64,000 nt of DNA from Octopus bimaculoides (lineage: Eukaryota). Shown here in pieces: positions 59,290-64,000 of this stretch. The stretch lies in assembly GCF_001194135.2 (NCBI RefSeq), contig NC_068997.1, forward strand, positions 54,826,099 through 54,890,098, in the 5' to 3' direction. Position 1 is the stretch's first letter. Each line of letters starts with the position of its first letter. A model generated the notes under the pieces. That model worked only from the letters and a program-made list of their open reading frames with translations, did not search any database and had not been told where the DNA came from. A program made the translations under genes and the position numbers.

Positions 59290-60215
59290 GTTGGGCACTG
59301 TCTATTCAATCTGTAGAAAAGGTGGAGGTAGAAACTCCATAATATGTACCTACTGTAAGCTATGGACATATAAGTGGTGCAGCAATATCAGAGTAAGGTT
59401 AACTGGGAAAATAGTTTTTGCATGTGGAAGATTCACAGGTACAATAAACACTGAAGATATACAGAAAATAGACTCCATCAACTGCCAGGGGTTAAGCTAG
59501 AGGTTGTAGAGAGCTTCCATGATCTAGGTGACGAAGTTAGTGGCAGAGGTGGAGGCTCTGAGAGTGTAGCTGTGAGAATAAGATTAGGCTGGGCAAAGTT
59601 CAGAGAGCTCCTACCTCTGTGGGCAACAAAAGGCCTCTCCCTCAGAGTGAAAGGCAAATTGTATGATGCCTGTGTGTGAATATCTATGCGACATGGCAGT
59701 GAAACATGGGCTGTGACAGCCAAGAAATACATAGGCTTGAAAGAAATGAAGCCAGTATGCTTCTCTGGATGTGCAATATCAGTGTGCATGTATGACAGAG
59801 TGTATGCATCTTGAGAAAAAATTTGGGCATAAGAGGTATCAGATGTGGTGTGCAAGAGAGATGACTGTGCTGGTATGGTCATGTGATGCATATGGATGAG
59901 GACAGCTGTGTAAAGAATTGCTAATCTCTTACTGTGGAGGGGACCTGTGGTAGAGGTAGATTGAAGAAGACAGGGGACAAGGTATTGAAGCATGATCTTT
60001 GAAATTTTGGCCTCATGGAGGCAATGACTAGTGATGGAGACCTTTGGTGATATGCTGTGCTTAAGAAGCACCTTTCAAGTGTTGGGCCTCATGGTGGCAA
60101 TGACAAATGACCAAGACCTTTGACATTATGCTGTGCTTGAGAAGAAAACCCATCAAGCCAAGTAAAATCATAGTTGTGGCAGATACTGGTGTCATGCAAG
60201 TGGCACTGTTGTTCA
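59290..60215 (+). mobile_element. 5'-truncated RTE LINE: PHD-like Cys module, RT thumb/C-terminus and start of the 3'UTR
   Basis: SICRKGGGRNSIICTYCKLWTYKWCSN...FACGR, then LEVVESFHDLGDEVS...RIRLGWAKFRELLPL...SLRVKGKLYDACV*...HGSETWAV, WMCNISVH, WYGHVM.MDEDSCVKNC, GRGRLKKT. Few frameshifts or stops. Confidence 0.9.
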
Positions 60216-60574
60216 GACTAGAAATAAATAAAAGTACTTTAGATGTGTGTATGTGTGTGTGTGTGAAGGTTGAAATAAATTACATTTATTTAACCAGTTT
60301 CACAATTTCATGATTTTTCAAAGTAGTGTGAGCCATAATCTCTTCATAAATGAAGCAAAATTTCAAGTTCCAGCCAAAGTCAGGACTAAATCAGGCATAG
60401 CTGCCACTCCTTCCGTCTTACACAGCTTTCAAAGACAATGAAGTTGTGAAACATGACAGGTAAATGTGAACATATGTTTTTAAAGGTCTTTCAACCTTTT
60501 TTTCCTTTACACTTCTCCTTGTGTGAAAATCACTCACACACACACATATATATATATAAAAATATATATATGTA

Positions 60575-60730
60575 TGTGGTTGGCGTGGCTGGCGTTAGGA
60601 AGGGCATCCAGCTGTAGAAACTCTGCCAAATCAGATTGGAGCCTGGTGTCGCCTCCTGGTCCACCAGTCCTCAGTCAAATTATCCAACCCATACTAGCAT
60701 GGAAAGCGGACATTAAACAACAACGGTGAT
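60575..60730 (+). mobile_element. Short RTE 3'UTR copy
   Basis: ggcgttaggaagggcatccagctgtagaaactctgccaaatcagattggagcctggtgt...ccaacccatactagcatggaaagcggacattaaac. Confidence 0.88.
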
Positions 60731-60870
60731 GTATGTATGTCAATCACTAACAAGGACACAGACTTGCATTTTGCAACCATAATAGACTACTAAGTCTGTT
60801 ATAGGTTTACAAGTCAATATTGTGCTTTACTCTTGTGCTTGCGGTGCATGTTCTGATTTTCAAGTTTGTC

Positions 60871-60928
60871 TCTACAGGTTTTCTATAGAATTCAAAGCCA
60901 GCACTGAATTCTATCGAAAATCTGTAGA
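60871..60928. other. 24-bp hairpin with a 10-nt loop (pre-miRNA-like)
   Basis: tctacaggttttctatagaattca-aagccagcac-tgaattctatcgaaaatctgtaga: one G:U pair and one mismatch on the plus strand. Confidence 0.5.
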
Positions 60929-62339
60929 AATAATATATATATATTTGTGTGCATGTACACATATATGCACACATATTTACATATGTGTATTTATGTAATT
61001 ACATTACACATACACACTGTGGCTGGTAGTGAATATTTTTAAATGGGAGGGTGTTAATCGAGTAGCTGTGTAACATATGAAGGAAAGTTGTGGTTAGCAT
61101 GGCTTAGAGATGTTACTCTCTGGAGAGATACGTTATCATTGTAACTTTAATTGACTATGATTTCAGAATATCAAGGTGTTAATTTACTTGCCTGCATTAA
61201 CGATTAGTCCCGAAAGTATTCAACACAAGTTTAAGCAGAATTTGAAGGAAATATTTCCTGATTTAATGTATCGGGAAATTACATTAAAATACCACATTAA
61301 ACTGCTCATTAAACAGACCTCAGCCTCACTCAAGACTAGCAAACATTATTGGGTCACTACAGACATTATCGATTTCACCTAACAACAAGAAAACAAACAA
61401 TAATAAAAATGATTCCTTTTAGGTGATTATGGGGCCAAATATCCCAGTCTAATAATAATAATATTAATTATAATTTCTTTTATTAAGCAAAAGGACCACA
61501 AATATAATGGTGATGCGAAGTTTAAGCCATTGGTTCATTCAAATACTTTGCTGTTGCTTATATTGTAATGATTTCAGAAGGGATAGAAGGTGAAGATATA
61601 AATACCAGAAGGTATTTTGTTTGCTACTGTACCGATTCTATGATTTTAATAATAATAACCGCAACAATAACAGCATCAACTATTGGATATAACTGAATTA
61701 AAGGCCTTTAAAATTCTTTGGAATTTGAAATTCAATGTAATCATTTATGAGAGAGATGGAGAACAGATATTATTGATGTTGAGGCAGCAAGATTATTATA
61801 TTAAATCAATATTTGGTAATGCCAGAATTAGAGACAAAGAACAAGTTAGGAATTACAATCTCAAGATTTAGATTGTAACTGTGTGATCATCAAAGCTAGT
61901 TGTAATACCAGAGTGGTGTGGGAGATTCTCTAAGGAATGGTCTCTGACATATTAGAACAGTTGTTCACAATGAGAGGAATTCGTATGAAGACAAAACTTC
62001 AAATGTAAACAGCTTTATAAGGTCGATCTATAGGATTGTGGACAGTATCCGAGATCAAAGATAAACTCTAAATAAAGTTAGTGTGTGATGTTCTGGGCGT
62101 CATTGTTACCAAAAACAATACCCTCTTTTAGAATAGCCTGAAAATAAGAAAAGGAATCACGATAGAACAAAATAGCTTTCATATATAATGCCACAAATTG
62201 ATAAAATATTTATCAAGATGCTATTTTAGGCATTTAAAACATTTCAAACCCACAAACCTATTGGGTATTTTCTTTTTTGAGTTTTTGGTTCTTGTTTTGT
62301 CTCTAAGTAGATTTTAGTTCTTCTTTATATAATACTTTC

Positions 62340-63150
62340 TACTAATTCTATCAACAACTTTTGCATCCAGTTGCCATCTCTTTTATGTGTAATAAATGTT
62401 TGGCTATTCAATAATCTTGTCAACAGCTTCTGTGTTCAACCTTCATCTGCTTCATGTTCTCCTGCATTACTTCAAATATTTGCAGATGACTTTTTTCTGA
62501 TACTCTTCAATCTGGCATTTCATTTCCATAATATTCTTCAATACAGCTCAGCTGTTCATAAAATTCCCACTTATTGTTTCCACACACTCTGCATTTCTTT
62601 TTCTGACTTTATTGTTCTATTTATTATCCGTAACTATCTTCCCAATCTTTTCCTTCTTCACCTTAGTTCTTCATTTTATTTCTTCTTTTACAGTTTGTTA
62701 TCTTCACATTTTGTCATGACCTATATTTCCTATGGAACGCTTCTTGTTTTTGATGGTTTTCATCCTGAGGAAAGCTAACTTCAAATTTGTTTCACTTCTT
62801 TTATCCCTTCAGCCTCCTTTCCAACTACACTTCCGTTTTATCTGATTTCCTTCTGTAATCACTGTATAATATTTTTGTAACATGTTCACATTCACACAAT
62901 ATAACAGATCGTTGATATCACTATAGATTTTTTTTTTAATGCTGACAAGACTAATCTGGCCATCTTGATTCCCCTTAATGATGCCAACCTTTCTAGCTGT
63001 ATGTTCTCTAGTTATTCCATTATTTCCTAATTCATTTATAACTTTTTCTTCACATCTCTGAATATTCTAAAACTTGCCATTTATATTCATTAGTAGTCTT
63101 TGCTTTTTTTCCTCTTCCTCCTGTGTCACTGTTTTCCTGACATTGGACAT
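62340..63150 (-). mobile_element. Possible very old LINE endonuclease-region remnant
   Basis: The minus strand is purine-rich, with loose APE-endonuclease-like pieces (MNING...; GSVVGKEAEGIKEVK). Many stops. Confidence 0.3.
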
Positions 63151-63309
63151 TTCCTTTTCATCCTAAAACCTGTCGGCGGTGGTGGCAGCAGTACTAGTAG
63201 TGATAATAACGATGATGATTTTTGACCTAGATGCATGGCCAGTAATTTTGGTGAAAGGTAAATTAGTTGATACCATAGTCTAGACCTTGATTGGAATTTT
63301 ATTGACCTC

Positions 63310-63810
63310 CCTCATGTCAACCACTACTGTTTCTCCCTCCCCTCCATTCTCCCTCATATATCCATCTACCTGCACACAATATACTTCCTCTCCACCTCTA
63401 GCTCCCATCTCCTTTTGAAATCTTGTGAACTAACCCACCTACCCACCCTTTCCAATCCCCACTTCACTATATACACCACCCTGTAACTTGGGTATATAGC
63501 CCCTGCCCCACTTTCTGTTACATCTTCACTATCTCCCCACTCTCCATCTGAAGTAAGCTGTCTCTCTCCTCTAATGCAAGACGCCTTCTCTATCCCACAA
63601 TCCTTCTATTCAGCATATTCCCCCTCTCAGATTCACACACTTATTGCAGTGGTCCTTCGGTTTTTCTAAGCCCTGTAAAAAAAACTCAGAAGGTAGGACC
63701 TCTAACCAGGCCTTTTGCAATACCCTTAAAACCTGGAACTTTTCAGCACTCCTTGTTTACAGGGTGACTTGAGATGAAAGAGATATGCTTATAAATGTGC
63801 CCTAAAAATA
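63310..63810 (+). repeat. C-rich interspersed repeat remnant, possibly a Penelope-like 3' end
   Basis: The CT-rich body ends in a segment (ccttgtttacagggtgacttgagatgaaagagatatgc) that resembles a decayed hammerhead-bearing pseudo-LTR. Similar C-rich stretches occur at about 3780-4040 and 17120-17420 (minus). Confidence 0.3.
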
Positions 63811-64000
63811 TTTGCGATATTTACTTTTTGGAAGTGATGAGCTGTTGGCTTTGAGTAATCAGAGTTAATTTCTACCTGACATATTCTCAATATATAATTA
63901 CTTTAGCGGGGAAAGAAAATGAGGATATTTTAGTATATTTCTGATATATATTTAGCATTTAGAAAATAATTAACATTCCCACCTGTTTTGGAGGTGAAAC

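Noticed and set aside
59478-60071. 197-aa minus-strand ORF, the longest in the track
   Set aside because: It is the antisense shadow of the plus-strand RTE ORF.
61176-61382. ORF with QNLKEIFPDL, loosely Gypsy pol-like
   Set aside because: Only one weak motif; no adjacent RT or integrase motifs and no LTRs.
62075-62160. Strong minus-strand acceptor ccttttcttattttcag near 62140
   Set aside because: All frames stop quickly, and there is no TSP1 similarity or convincing donor.

Overview
AT-rich eukaryotic genomic DNA, with no bacterial-style genes, operons or CRISPR arrays. It is almost entirely intron. The repeat families (tRNA-headed SINEs, RTE-clade LINEs with (GAT)n tails, TTAA-ended MITEs, dense TA/CA microsatellites) look to me like an octopus (coleoid cephalopod) genome; this is recognition from memory, not a database result. 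I found one convincing coding exon: 21732-21475 on the minus strand, 258 bp, phase 2/2, encoding a thrombospondin type-1 repeat that aligns with THSD7A/THSD7B. The flanking introns apparently run off both ends of the window. The rest is decayed transposons: at least 7 RTE ORF fragments, many RTE 3'UTR and SINE copies, a mariner fragment, and probable Helitron and Penelope remnants. There are three 10-N assembly gaps. The most interesting observations are: (i) a type I hammerhead-ribozyme-like motif at about 51984-52044; (ii) loss of one complete disulfide pair in the THSD7 repeat, where one lost Cys is a TAC codon that A-to-I editing would turn back into TGC; (iii) several fold-back structures near that exon, including a ~680-bp palindrome; (iv) an 84-bp inverted, locally templated copy at a retroposon 5' junction; (v) a pre-miRNA-like hairpin; (vi) a PHD-like finger inside the RTE reverse transcriptase. 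Boundaries of degenerate repeats are approximate (tens of bp). Almost all ORFs in the supplied track are microsatellite or repeat noise.
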